A DNA stretch of 64,000 bases from Candidatus Aenigmatarchaeota archaeon (GCA_016198755.1 JACQIB010000004.1:160001-224000), one strand, 5' to 3'; shown: positions 30,086 through 40,462, numbered from the stretch's first letter. Numbers and translations are program-made. The notes: generated by a model not told the origin, from the sequence alone.

Positions 30086-32075
30086 GCTCTCCCCTCAGCC
30101 ATTTCTTCCATCTCTGGAAGAGATTTTTCTTCCCTGATTCCAGAAGGGTATAATACATGCTGTTTGCACGCGCCAAAAAGTCGGCGCCCATGGCTTTAGG
30201 ATTTTTCTTTGAAACTTTCAAAAGCTCAGCCTTCATTTTTCCCCTTAATTTAATATTTTTCAAAACATCTCTTATTCCTATTCCTTTGCTTTCTGCAATC
30301 TTTTTCAAAGTCTCAGACTTCTCAAGGCCGGAAACCCTCCATTTTCCTGTCTTCCTGTTATATTCCAGCAGTGTTTTGAAAACAGGCTCTCCCTTCCAAT
30401 TCTTCCCAACCTCCTCTATGCTAAGTAGTTTCCTGTACCTTTTTAGGCTCTCCCCTTTCCTTATGCTTCCTGCAACAACCACAAAATCCACAGCCTTAAA
30501 GCTCGTGGAAGGAACCCCTAAATCATTTACAACCCTGTCCCATGTATCATATGCTGAAGAACCATGAATAGTTCCCATTACAGCATTTCCAGCTGCACCT
30601 ATTCTCATTGCTTCAAACAATGCATGTGCTTCCTTCCCTCTTACCTCACCCATAACCAGCGTGCTTTCTCCCAGCCTTAAGCTCGTTCTGAGAGCATCTT
30701 CAGCGGAAATTTCAAACCCTTTTGCAAAAGCCTCCGTTTTCAAATGTTCAATCTTGTATCCTATGGTTTGCAAAGCACGCACAGGTATTTCAGCAGTATC
30801 CTCTATTGTTACAATTCTTGTAGATTGTGGTATCTCTGCCATTAGAGAAGTTAGTATAGAGGTTTTACCTGAACCCCTCGAACCAGTAACCAGTATAGAG
30901 CTTTGTCCATCAACTAAAAAGCTCAAAAAACCTGCAGCTGCACTATCTAACATTCCTGCATTCATGAACTCAACCAAAGTCCATGGGCTTGTTTTTCTCC
31001 TTCTGAAAGCAAATCCTGTTCCTGAATAGGTAGAAGGCTGTGTTATACCACAAACCCTGATTCCCAGCTCCTCCAGCTCTGTATGTAAAACAGGGGTTGA
31101 AGCATCCAGCGGTCTGCCTGAAAGTTCCCTTAGTTTTGAGGAAATTTTCTCAGCACCCTCTTCAGTTAAAATAATGTTTGTTATGCATTCCCCGTGCTTT
31201 TCATGTACAATATGCACTAATTTAGAACTTGAATCTATATACAAATCCTGTATTGCCTCATCCCTTAGCAAAGTATCCAGTGCTCCAAACCCTAAAGTAT
31301 GGCGCAAAAGCATACCTTTCATAACTTCCCTGTCTTCAGGCTCAGCTGCCATTGAAAGCTCTTCTACCCTTCTCCCAACTTCCTCTTTCAAAAGATCTGC
31401 TGAAAAGCTCCAGTCTGCCATTACAAGTTTTTTATAGGCTTCAGCAGCCTGCTTTGCAGCTTTTGCGGTCAAATCCAATTCAGGAAAATGAATAAAATAA
31501 AGTAAATCAGGCCTGTTTTCAATTTTGTGTATGCTAACCCTGATTTTGCTCACAGAATAGGAATCTATCTCTTCCCCTACTTTTTCTTTGTCCAAAAATG
31601 CTGAAACAAAAGAAGGATATCCCCATGCACTGAAAACTTTGTAAGCATCAGAAACTTTCCCAGCTCTTACAGCCTGCCTTATTAAAACCCAGCTTTTCAG
31701 TCTATCCTTTATTTTATCCAATTCAGGATTGCACTGTTTACATGTTCTGTTATGAGCAAGCAGGAAGAAACGCACAGGATCTTCCCACCTGTTTCCTAAA
31801 GTTTGTTCACATCTTGGACAGAGCACAAACTTTCCCAGTTCTTCCAAATACTTTTTATGCTTTTCCATTGAATAGAACTTGTAAAATCTCTTTTTCAGGG
31901 CAATCTGGTCTGCGCCCTTTTGCGCAAGCTGAAAAACCCATTTCCTGCATTGAGGGAGTTTTAGGCTTGATTTGAAAATACAGTCTTTACAGTCTATTTG
32001 TAAGACCTTCCCCTTTGGCAAAACCTGTAAAACCGAAGGGCATACCTCTTCCTGCCCATCCTTTGTGCGCAACAT
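30078..32075 (-). CDS. type IV pilus assembly ATPase (TadA/VirB11/ArlI family) with Cys-rich N-terminus
   Basis: GSRGSGKT, TIEDTAE, MGEVRG, GTIHG. Confidence 0.9.
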   Translation of the reverse strand: MLRTKDGQEEVCPSVLQVLPKGKVLQIDCKDCIFKSSLKLPQCRKWVFQLAQKGADQIALKKRFYKFYSMEKHKKYLEELGKFVLCPRCEQTLGNRWEDPVRFFLLAHNRTCKQCNPELDKIKDRLKSWVLIRQAVRAGKVSDAYKVFSAWGYPSFVSAFLDKEKVGEEIDSYSVSKIRVSIHKIENRPDLLYFIHFPELDLTAKAAKQAAEAYKKLVMADWSFSADLLKEEVGRRVEELSMAAEPEDREVMKGMLLRHTLGFGALDTLLRDEAIQDLYIDSSSKLVHIVHEKHGECITNIILTEEGAEKISSKLRELSGRPLDASTPVLHTELEELGIRVCGITQPSTYSGTGFAFRRRKTSPWTLVEFMNAGMLDSAAAGFLSFLVDGQSSILVTGSRGSGKTSILTSLMAEIPQSTRIVTIEDTAEIPVRALQTIGYKIEHLKTEAFAKGFEISAEDALRTSLRLGESTLVMGEVRGKEAHALFEAMRIGAAGNAVMGTIHGSSAYDTWDRVVNDLGVPSTSFKAVDFVVVAGSIRKGESLKRYRKLLSIEEVGKNWKGEPVFKTLLEYNRKTGKWRVSGLEKSETLKKIAESKGIGIRDVLKNIKLRGKMKAELLKVSKKNPKAMGADFLARANSMYYTLLESGKKNLFQRWKKWLRGELG

Positions 32076-32190
32076 GAAAAGTATTGGAACGAAAGCTTTT
32101 TAAACCCTGCTCAGGGGGATGTTTTCCACCACAATCTAGACCTCTTTATAAGCTTAAATTCATAGCCTGCAAATTTTCCATGTGTTGCGC

Positions 32191-32655
32191 ATGAAGGGGT
32201 TTTCAATAACACCTGTTTTAGCTGTTGTACTGATACTTATAGCTGGCTTGACCCTGCTTACAATCTATACCATTGACAAAGAACAGGCTGCAGGAATACA
32301 GGCTGAGATAGAGGTAAACAGGCTTGGATATGAACTGGACCAGAACCGGACTTCAGAGCAGAATTTACTATTCCAGTTTGCTGCACAGGAGGCTGCTGAT
32401 TCTAGTACAGATATAGCCACTTTCAAAACAGCTGTTGAGGGAGATTTGGACTTAAAGACAGGAACGCTGCTCTTGGATGGTTGCAGCAGCAAGTGGATAA
32501 ATGTTTCCATTAACTCAGCTTTTAACTATACTATAGGCAGAGCTGGAATAAACGCACCCTATTTTGCAAATGCCAGCATTAACTGCGATGCTGTTAAGCT
32601 ATACGGTTCCACAGCAAACATAAACTGCGGCGGTGAAACTTTCAGCTGCCCTTAA
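32191..32655 (+). CDS. pilin-like protein with class III signal peptide
   Basis: MKG|FSITPVLAVVLILIAG; divergent from pilus ATPase. Confidence 0.6.
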   Translation: MKGFSITPVLAVVLILIAGLTLLTIYTIDKEQAAGIQAEIEVNRLGYELDQNRTSEQNLLFQFAAQEAADSSTDIATFKTAVEGDLDLKTGTLLLDGCSSKWINVSINSAFNYTIGRAGINAPYFANASINCDAVKLYGSTANINCGGETFSCP

Positions 32656-32661
32656 CAGAAT

Positions 32662-33744
32662 CTACCTGCGTTTCCAAGCCCTAGAGCCTTTAAGTCCGTG
32701 CGGAAATCCTGGGCGCGGGAAAGCTCTCCAAACACCCATTACACCATCCACTTTCCTTATCTCATTTCTGTGGAACCTGCTTACTTCCCTAGCTATTGCA
32801 GGTACATCACCATTATACCAAGCATCCACAGCAGGTTGGAGCAAATATTTTGCTCTTCCAATTGAGCTTCTGCGTTGATGTGTAACGTTTGATAAAGAAA
32901 CCCTGATAATTGGATTTTGTGATGCCATGATATTCGATCTTACTATCCAGCGATATGGTTTCACATTATCAACACGAATATGGTCAACATAACGCTGCAT
33001 CATTCTGAGAGAAAAATGATCGAATATGTTGTATAGACTTCCCATTAAGTCCAGAAAAGTTCCGTTAGTGGAATATTCAACATTCTTTATATTGAGTCCT
33101 GTATTTAATCTCAAAAAATCTAATTCATCTTTTGCATCCATAGAAACGCTGGGGTGATAAATTGTTCTTTTTACGTCTTCACTGACAACTCCAACTTGTA
33201 ACCTGTCGCTTGCATGTAAATCCCTGTTGCCAACCAACCCCAAGCTCCAAGCATAGGCAACAGCTTTTGTAAGATTGTCTATACTAAACTCTTTATCAGC
33301 AAAATCCTCTTCCATTGCTGGTAAAACATGGGTTTTTGCAGAACCTCCGCATGTATATTCTAACGGCCCACTAAAATCAACACCAGATGATTTACGTAAT
33401 TCTATCTTGTAAATCTCCGGATCACCGTTATGGAAATTGTTGCCTACAATTATTAGCGTACAGTGGAGATCTCTTTTTTTAGAGGCTTCTCCCCGCGCTA
33501 TAGCCACAGCAGAAAAGTACGGTGACATCCCCTTACTGAAATATACCGGATTATTCAATAATTCTTGTATATAATCTACACTTCCAGAACTCACAACCAA
33601 CGAACCGCCACAGTGATATAGTTTTTGTCTACCATTATACTTATGGTCAGAACCATTGGCCAAGTCATCTGCTACTACAACGGCATGTTTTGCCCTTGCA
33701 TTTGTAGTTGGTACAGTAAATGTAAATGCAGCTATATTAGTCAT
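32662..33744 (-). CDS. proteasome beta-like Ntn-hydrolase with C-terminal extension
   Basis: M-T start, VVVADD, QKLY, SGSV, GGSA, RDLHASDRLQVGVVS follow the beta-subunit motif order. Confidence 0.65.
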   Translation of the reverse strand: MTNIAAFTFTVPTTNARAKHAVVVADDLANGSDHKYNGRQKLYHCGGSLVVSSGSVDYIQELLNNPVYFSKGMSPYFSAVAIARGEASKKRDLHCTLIIVGNNFHNGDPEIYKIELRKSSGVDFSGPLEYTCGGSAKTHVLPAMEEDFADKEFSIDNLTKAVAYAWSLGLVGNRDLHASDRLQVGVVSEDVKRTIYHPSVSMDAKDELDFLRLNTGLNIKNVEYSTNGTFLDLMGSLYNIFDHFSLRMMQRYVDHIRVDNVKPYRWIVRSNIMASQNPIIRVSLSNVTHQRRSSIGRAKYLLQPAVDAWYNGDVPAIAREVSRFHRNEIRKVDGVMGVWRAFPRPGFPHGLKGSRAWKRR

Positions 33745-33890
33745 ACAAAAAGCTAAGAATGAAACTTATTTAAACCCAACTTGCTCCCCTGTTAAAGAAA
33801 GTTTCAGCTGCTAAGTCTGCACTCATTTATATATGTTTCTAAAACGGAAACGATATGTTTACAAATAGGAAACACAATGTTTCTATTTTG

Positions 33891-34172
33891 TTACCCATGT
33901 CCCAGTTTCCAAGTCCTCTGCTGCACATCCACGTCCACAGAAATACCAATTTTCTTTAATTTTGATTCAATCTCCTTTACCATTGTCCCTATAGAACCGC
34001 AGGCTCCGCAAGCCATATCCGGCGGAATAAGTTTCATGTGCAGCATTTTCCCATCCAGCTTTAAGTCCTGCAACATTCCCATCTGCAACAGCCCCCCGCC
34101 TGTATCAGGATCTTCCACGCTGTCCAAAACAGCCAGTATACTTTCGGGTATCTCTTTAACAGCCTGTTCCAT
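33891..34172 (-). CDS. DUF59/SufT-like Fe-S assembly protein
   Basis: LDSVEDPDTGGGLLQMGML...MACGAC. Confidence 0.65.
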   Translation of the reverse strand: MEQAVKEIPESILAVLDSVEDPDTGGGLLQMGMLQDLKLDGKMLHMKLIPPDMACGACGSIGTMVKEIESKLKKIGISVDVDVQQRTWKLGHG

Positions 34173-34197
34173 GTAAAACTATTTAACAGCGTCCTAT

Positions 34198-34917
34198 TTA
34201 AGCTTTTTGAGAAGCGTATTTTCCAGCTAAGCTGTTCAGTCTTATCTTAAGTATATCCAGAAACATTTTTGGCACATCCCTTATTACTGAAAGCTTGCTC
34301 TCTCCCTTATCAACCCAGCGCACAGGAACCTCCTTTATTTTCATTTCCTTCTTTTTGGCTATAAACAATAACTCTGTATCAAAAGCAAACCCAAAAATAC
34401 TCTGCTTTCTCACTATATCTTTGGCAAGCTCTGTTTTAAACAGTTTAAACCCACACTGGGTATCTCTTATTCCAGGCAAAAGTAACAGCCTTACAATCAG
34501 TGGAAAGCTCTTCCCTGCAAACTGCCTGTGCAAAGGCTGTTTCACAACAATATCCGACTCCGGAAGGTTTCTTGAGGCTATAACAACATCATATTCCTTT
34601 GTATACTGCAAAAATTTTCCCAGCTCTTCTATTGAGGTTGCCAAATCAGCATCCATGAACAGAACAAACTGATATTTTGCCTCTAAAATACCTGTGTGTA
34701 CAGCAAACCCCTTTCCCATGCGCTTTTCATTGTTAATTATTCTTACCCCCTTCCCAAATTCCTTGACAATTTCAGGTGTATGGTCCCCTGAATAATCGTT
34801 TACAACAATAACCTCAAACTTTTCAAAATTCTTTTTACAAAAGGCTAGAACAGACTCTAAACAAGCCCTAATCCTTGTCTCTTCCCTGTAAGTCGGGATA
34901 ACTATAGACATGTCCAT
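34198..34917 (-). CDS. GT2 dolichyl-phosphate glycosyltransferase
   Basis: SIVIPTYRE, VNDYSGD, GKGFAV, FMDAD, DTQCGFKLF, FAFDTELL. Confidence 0.92.
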   Translation of the reverse strand: MDMSIVIPTYREETRIRACLESVLAFCKKNFEKFEVIVVNDYSGDHTPEIVKEFGKGVRIINNEKRMGKGFAVHTGILEAKYQFVLFMDADLATSIEELGKFLQYTKEYDVVIASRNLPESDIVVKQPLHRQFAGKSFPLIVRLLLLPGIRDTQCGFKLFKTELAKDIVRKQSIFGFAFDTELLFIAKKKEMKIKEVPVRWVDKGESKLSVIRDVPKMFLDILKIRLNSLAGKYASQKA

Positions 34918-34953
34918 AGAACTATAGGCTGGGAAAATAGCTATATAAACCAT

Positions 34954-35175
34954 TCAGAATTTCTGCGCTGCAGCCTGTATCCTCAGAAACTCTTCCACCG
35001 CGCTTTCTATATCCTTGTCAGAGGCATTGCTTAATCCTCTATTCCTGAGAAACTCCATAAACATTGATAACAATAGCTTGTTATCATCCAGAGCTTTTCC
35101 AATCCTTTCCCTCTCCTCAGGCTCTGAAACCCCCAGTTCCAACAAAATTTGGTCTCCCCAGCTCATTTTAACCAC
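34954..35175 (-). CDS. hypothetical protein
   Basis: 73-aa ORF upstream of the GT2 gene. Confidence 0.5.
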   Translation of the reverse strand: MVKMSWGDQILLELGVSEPEERERIGKALDDNKLLLSMFMEFLRNRGLSNASDKDIESAVEEFLRIQAAAQKF

Positions 35176-35217
35176 TAAGTATTAGAAGCTTTAATATATA
35201 GGCTTTCAAATATTGTT

Positions 35218-35775
35218 ATGGTTGATCCAATTCTTTGGCTGAAAGTCCTGATAAAACCGAGGGAAACGTTTAGAAAAGCGAAAAATAAGGGGACTGTTGA
35301 AGGCATATTATTCAATATTGTTCCTGCGGTAATATCAGGAATTATTTTAGACCTATTGTCAAGGTTTGTTCTTGATCCCACTCGCGTAGGAACATCAGAA
35401 ATTTACATAGCAAATTATTTGTTATCAGGCATTGCCACCACCATTATTTTATGGACACTTATTTCCTACATTACTTATTGGACATCAAAAATTTTCCATG
35501 GAAAAGGTACCATTAAAATGCATCTCTGGTTAATCTCCCTGTTCACGGCTCCGATGTTCCTGTTATTAAATTTAGTCAGCTTCGTACCTTATATATATTA
35601 CAGCAATGTTTCAAAGGCTATTATTGTTGTGTATTCACTGTATTTGTTGTTTTTGGCGCTTAAGGAAACACATGGTTATTCTAGTATAAAATCTATTGTA
35701 AATATTTTAATACTGTGGATGTTTGCTATTGTTTTGGGTTTTATTATGACTATATTATATCCACCGTTGTATTAA
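35218..35775 (+). CDS. Yip1-family membrane protein
   Basis: WLKVLIKPRETF, FHGKGT, ALKETHGYS; five TMs. Confidence 0.75.
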   Translation: MVDPILWLKVLIKPRETFRKAKNKGTVEGILFNIVPAVISGIILDLLSRFVLDPTRVGTSEIYIANYLLSGIATTIILWTLISYITYWTSKIFHGKGTIKMHLWLISLFTAPMFLLLNLVSFVPYIYYSNVSKAIIVVYSLYLLFLALKETHGYSSIKSIVNILILWMFAIVLGFIMTILYPPLY

Positions 35776-35787
35776 CTAAATAAAAAT

Positions 35788-35917
35788 TGGTGGACTCGGT
35801 GGGATTTTCTCCAAACCCTTTTGGGGTTTGCAAAGACCTTTTCGGAAAAGGGATTTGCTTTGAACCCACAACCTCTTGCTTGCAAAGCAAGCGATCTTCC
35901 AGTTGATCTACGAGCCC
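35788..35917 (-). tRNA. tRNA-Ala(TGC) with 54-nt T-loop intron at 59/60 (35805-35858), CCA encoded
   Basis: Acceptor GGGCTCG/CGAGTCC, anticodon arm CTTGC-TT-TGC-AA-GCAAG; removing the insert restores GTGGG-TTCAAAT-CCCAC. Confidence 0.92.
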
Positions 35918-36040
35918 ATAAAGTTTGGGTAAATAGTGCTTAAATAGGTTTCATCTATACTTTTACATATAATATACAAAAATATATCGTATTTGAGAGA
36001 CCTTTAAATAGGTTGCTGTTCCACATTTTATACAGGCTAT

Positions 36041-38857
36041 TTGATGAACAAATACATTAAAATTTTGTCTGCGGTTGTCGTTTTATTGCCATTGCTGTCT
36101 GTTGGAGCTTATGCTATGGGCCAAACAGAAGTTACTAGTACAACAATTGATCCAACGAGATTCACTGGTATGTCAATTGCTCCGGCATTTGGATCTGATG
36201 GAATAACATATTTATCAGACACAACAGACATCTCAGCAGGCGTTTATGTTGGTGTAAATGGTGCTGACACAGAAAGCTGTAAATATAGTATAGATGGAGG
36301 GAATTCTTGGAACGCTGCAAACTGGAATAGCGATACAGGAGAATGTTATGAAAACAATATTGACACAACCAATGCCCAGGAAGCTATACAAATGAGAATA
36401 AATGATAGTTCCGGAAATCCAGTTTCAATATCCACAGTTGGAGCAATAGTTGTGGATACTACAAAACCAACAACCACAGCCACTGCAGATGGATATGTTT
36501 TTGGTACATATGCAAATCAGGATGTTGGAGTTACACTCTCCTGTAATGATGGAGACGGAAGTGGATGTGATTTAGTAGGGTATAAAATAAGGTATTGCAC
36601 AGATACTTCAGATTTATGCTTTCCAGATTCACAATATGAAAATCCAGTTGTCATAAGCGATGAAGGTATTACGTACATAAGATTCTTTGGCAGAGATTAT
36701 GTTAGTAATACAGAAGATGTGAAGAGCGAGAAAATAATAATAGACAAAACCATACCACAGGTATCAAGTGCAGAATCTTCAATGTCAACAATTACTGCAG
36801 ATAATATTGGGAATACTCTTACAATAACATTAACATACAATGAAGAGATGGATCAGGGCAGTTCGCCTGTTATAGAAGTGGCAAAAACAGGTGTTGAAGG
36901 ACCATATTCTCTTGGACTTGAAAACCAGAGAGGCGGATGGACAGATTCTACACACTACGAGGCAGTTTATGACATTTCCTCTGTTGATGGGGAAGGAAAT
37001 TATGATGTTAATATAGACTCGGCAAAAGACCTTGCAGGCAATACACAGGAATCAAGCTCAAATTCAAAATTATTCATGATAGATGCTGCTGCACCATCAA
37101 CAACAGATGATATGCCTATAGATTCTGGATGGACATCAGGTTCTGTAACTGTAATTTTAACAGCTACTGATGATGGTAGCGGTGTGTCTTCTATAAGATA
37201 CTCAATTGATAACGGGGAGTGGCAAATTGCAGATTTCTTAACTGGCAGAGACAGAGTTGAACAATCTATAAGCATAGAAGGAGACGGGAATCATTCTCTA
37301 ACATACTATTCTGTTGATGTTTCAGGAAATCCTGAAGATCCGAAAACAATATATATTGGAATTGACTCTGCGACACCATCAACATCTGTAACAGGAAATG
37401 GGGGGGAATATAATTTTGAGGATTGGAGCAATATACCTGTAACTGTTATGTTATCCTGTACAGACGAACCAAATGAGAACGGAAACTCAGGCTGCAACAC
37501 AATATACTATAGGATGAATGAGGATGATGATGTTACAGAATATACTGGTCCTATATTATTTCCTGAAGATGGAACATACACACTATATTATTACAGTACA
37601 GACGGTGCTGGAAATTATGAGGATGAACAGGAGACTGATATATACGTAGATAGAACACCTCCTGTAATTTCTGTTTCAAGCCCAGCCAGCGGCACAACCT
37701 ATACAGAGAATTCCGTTGAACTCAATTATGAAGTGTCAGATGATTTATCTGGTTTGAACCTAAGATCAGAAGTAAGTCCATGTTCATATTCATTGGATGA
37801 TGGAGAAAATGTAAGTGCTACATGCGGCAAGTCAGTAACATTCTCTGAGCTTTCAAACGGTATGCATATGCTTACACTCTATGCAACAGATTATGTTGGA
37901 AATACAAACAAAAATCCTATATCATTCTATGTTATAGTTCCGCAGGGCAATCAGACAGTTCCATTCGATGAAAGCATGACTATAGATGGAGATATAAATC
38001 AAATAATATTCGCTGCCGGCAGCAATCTAAAAAATGTTATAGTGCCTTCAAACATAGCCGATGATAAAGAAATATTTATGGATTTCTCCTATATTATGAG
38101 CGATGGAAAGATCACGCTCTCAAATGAATTTACTCTTGAGAGGAATTCAGATAACGATTATACTGTTACAATACCTTCAGGAACTGTTATAGATGGCGGG
38201 GCTTTATGGGAAGGAAATATGAATGTTCCAACTCTGAAGAGTATTTCAGACTATACAGCACCATCAGGATCCGTTGATATAGCAATAGATGTTGGAGCTG
38301 GGGTGTCTTTGAGTTTCTCAAAAGCAGTAAAGGTTGTAATAGGTGGAATGGCTGGCAAAAGAGCAGGATGGATTAGTGGAACAGGAGCATTGACAGACAT
38401 AACAACTCTTTGTGACAGCGTGGATAATCCTACTAATATAGCAGCAGATGGAACAAGAGAATGCTATATAGATTCTGGTAGCGACCTTGTTATATGGACA
38501 TATCACTTCACAACATTTGCAGCTTACACTCCATCATCTACAACAACTTCAAATTCCAACAGCAATAGCGGAAGCGGTTCATATAATTACTTGGAATCTC
38601 CAACAACCACAACACTTCCTCCAGTAGTTCCACCAACAGTACCCGAAACAACAACCACACAGGTATCTGAAACTCCAACAAACCCAAGCGAAACAACAAC
38701 TACAACTTCTACCACAACTACAATAAAACAGGGTCCATCTGGTCTTGCAACAGGATTGCCAACAAGTACTATAGTATCTGGCGCAGTGGTTTCTATTGCA
38801 GTATTACTTGGGTTGGTTTATTTTGGAAGAAATAGCATAAGAAAGAAATTCTTTTAA
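36041..38857 (+). CDS. large acidic surface protein with tandem Ig-like domains, Thr-rich linker and C-terminal anchor
   Basis: Signal peptide; repeated DxxxP...D..SG...Y...G.h.l.yy..D..GN units; HFTTFA; TM + basic tail. Confidence 0.8.
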   Translation: MMNKYIKILSAVVVLLPLLSVGAYAMGQTEVTSTTIDPTRFTGMSIAPAFGSDGITYLSDTTDISAGVYVGVNGADTESCKYSIDGGNSWNAANWNSDTGECYENNIDTTNAQEAIQMRINDSSGNPVSISTVGAIVVDTTKPTTTATADGYVFGTYANQDVGVTLSCNDGDGSGCDLVGYKIRYCTDTSDLCFPDSQYENPVVISDEGITYIRFFGRDYVSNTEDVKSEKIIIDKTIPQVSSAESSMSTITADNIGNTLTITLTYNEEMDQGSSPVIEVAKTGVEGPYSLGLENQRGGWTDSTHYEAVYDISSVDGEGNYDVNIDSAKDLAGNTQESSSNSKLFMIDAAAPSTTDDMPIDSGWTSGSVTVILTATDDGSGVSSIRYSIDNGEWQIADFLTGRDRVEQSISIEGDGNHSLTYYSVDVSGNPEDPKTIYIGIDSATPSTSVTGNGGEYNFEDWSNIPVTVMLSCTDEPNENGNSGCNTIYYRMNEDDDVTEYTGPILFPEDGTYTLYYYSTDGAGNYEDEQETDIYVDRTPPVISVSSPASGTTYTENSVELNYEVSDDLSGLNLRSEVSPCSYSLDDGENVSATCGKSVTFSELSNGMHMLTLYATDYVGNTNKNPISFYVIVPQGNQTVPFDESMTIDGDINQIIFAAGSNLKNVIVPSNIADDKEIFMDFSYIMSDGKITLSNEFTLERNSDNDYTVTIPSGTVIDGGALWEGNMNVPTLKSISDYTAPSGSVDIAIDVGAGVSLSFSKAVKVVIGGMAGKRAGWISGTGALTDITTLCDSVDNPTNIAADGTRECYIDSGSDLVIWTYHFTTFAAYTPSSTTTSNSNSNSGSGSYNYLESPTTTTLPPVVPPTVPETTTTQVSETPTNPSETTTTTSTTTTIKQGPSGLATGLPTSTIVSGAVVSIAVLLGLVYFGRNSIRKKFF

Positions 38858-38859
38858 AT

Positions 38860-39183
38860 TTACTTCTGCCCGCGCGCCATAAGCTGTATTCTTATAGAAT
38901 CTGGTCCAGTAACAAACTCATTCACAACCTTATACCCTAGCGCCTCCATGCTTTTGTAGACCTCGTCCAAACTGGAAACCCTAAGAGCAATATGGTTCAC
39001 AGACTGAGTTATTGGAAGTTCTGTCTTGAACAGGGCTATTGTCTGGCTCCCAATAGAAAGGAAAACCTCCCCCTCATATCTGCCAGTTACTTTCAACCCC
39101 AGCCCTTTAGCAAAAAACTCTTCTGCTTTCTGTAAATCTGTTACATACAGGGCTATATGGTCTATCAATAAAGGCTCTGCCAT
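38860..39183 (-). CDS. VOC/glyoxalase family protein
   Basis: IDHIALYVTDLQKAEEFF, NHIALRV, GPDSIRIQL. Confidence 0.85.
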   Translation of the reverse strand: MAEPLLIDHIALYVTDLQKAEEFFAKGLGLKVTGRYEGEVFLSIGSQTIALFKTELPITQSVNHIALRVSSLDEVYKSMEALGYKVVNEFVTGPDSIRIQLMARGQK

Positions 39184-39228
39184 AACCCTCCTATTATATA
39201 GGAGGAGGATTTAAACCTTGCTGGACTC

Positions 39229-40011
39229 CTATCTCATGTTCTTTCCCAAGAATTTGATACTGTTTATTTTTTTTCCATCCAGCTCAATCAGTGTATTAAC
39301 ATGCGAACCAAATCCAGCATTCAGTGCAACCGCACCCTTTATTTTTATTTTTCCAAAGTGCTCATGTATATGCCCACCAACAGAGACCAACGGTTTGTTC
39401 CACTCTATAGCTTTTCTGACTAAAATTGAACCTGCATGTTTCCCATAAGCAGGTGAACGTTTATCCAGAACTTTGTCTAATTTTGTATTATACGGAACAT
39501 TATGGGACAAAAAGATAACATGCCCCTTTGCTTTTTCAAACAGCCCCTTTAACTGGGAATAAGCTAAAACAAACTCTGCAGGCCCTTCAGGAGCTGTGGA
39601 AATTGCCCCTCCCCACACTGGATAACCTATAAGTGTATAGCCCATAAAAGTTTTTGATTCAAAACTAATATCCCTCAGATTTTTTAGTCCCTTTATCAGC
39701 TTTGAATATTCATGGTCCCAGTTTCCCCGAACAATAAACACTGGCTTCCCAAGGGAATTCAGCTTCTTCAAAACTCTCCTCCCATCTGCAAAAGATTTTT
39801 TTATCAGCCCCTTTGCTTTTTTAACTCCAGTAATTTCAACCCAGCTTATTTCCCTTCCTTCCTTCAAACTTTTCCTATAGGAAATCCACTCATACTTTCT
39901 CATAGGATCCGAACAAAAATCCCCCGGAGCTAACACAGCATCAAAATTCTTTACTCCAATTTTAGGAACCTGCCCATGCAAATCCCCTATCACTAAAAAC
40001 CTGAATGCCAT
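39229..40011 (-). CDS. metallophosphoesterase (Icc-like)
   Basis: GDLHG, PGD, GNWD, SHNVP, GHIHE. Confidence 0.9.
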   Translation of the reverse strand: MAFRFLVIGDLHGQVPKIGVKNFDAVLAPGDFCSDPMRKYEWISYRKSLKEGREISWVEITGVKKAKGLIKKSFADGRRVLKKLNSLGKPVFIVRGNWDHEYSKLIKGLKNLRDISFESKTFMGYTLIGYPVWGGAISTAPEGPAEFVLAYSQLKGLFEKAKGHVIFLSHNVPYNTKLDKVLDKRSPAYGKHAGSILVRKAIEWNKPLVSVGGHIHEHFGKIKIKGAVALNAGFGSHVNTLIELDGKKINSIKFLGKNMR

Positions 40012-40066
40012 ACAAAAGATTAGCTATTTACCCATATTTAATAAACCACCTAACTTAATTATGTGT

Positions 40067-40411
40067 ATGAAAATTAGCATATTTCCTTTGGTAATTATCT
40101 TCCCCCTGATTGTTGCAGGCTGCACTTCCCAGAAACCAACAGAAACAACAACTAATACCCTAGTACAGCAGCTTTCAGAGCTCTGCATACAGGCCTGCAA
40201 TAATGTTCTGGCTGCAGGCCAGCCTTTGGAAGAGGGGCCCTGTTTGTTGAATCCGATCCGTGAGGACAGAATATGGGTCTGCGATGTAGCACATAACCCA
40301 CGGCAGCCCATAGACGATCTGCCTGAAAACCAGTGCTCTGCCTACATAAGCGGGGAAGCAAACCATTTTGTGGAAGTTACACCAGACTGTAAATTTATAA
40401 GAGCCAAGTAA
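40067..40411 (+). CDS. Cys-rich lipoprotein-like protein
   Basis: Lipobox-like VAGC; GPCL, WVCDVAHNPR, NQC, HFVEV..DC. Confidence 0.7.
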   Translation: MKISIFPLVIIFPLIVAGCTSQKPTETTTNTLVQQLSELCIQACNNVLAAGQPLEEGPCLLNPIREDRIWVCDVAHNPRQPIDDLPENQCSAYISGEANHFVEVTPDCKFIRAK

Positions 40412-40462
40412 GTCGGTTGTTAGGAATTTTTGGAAATAGCTAAAGCTAAGCTGTAAAAATAG

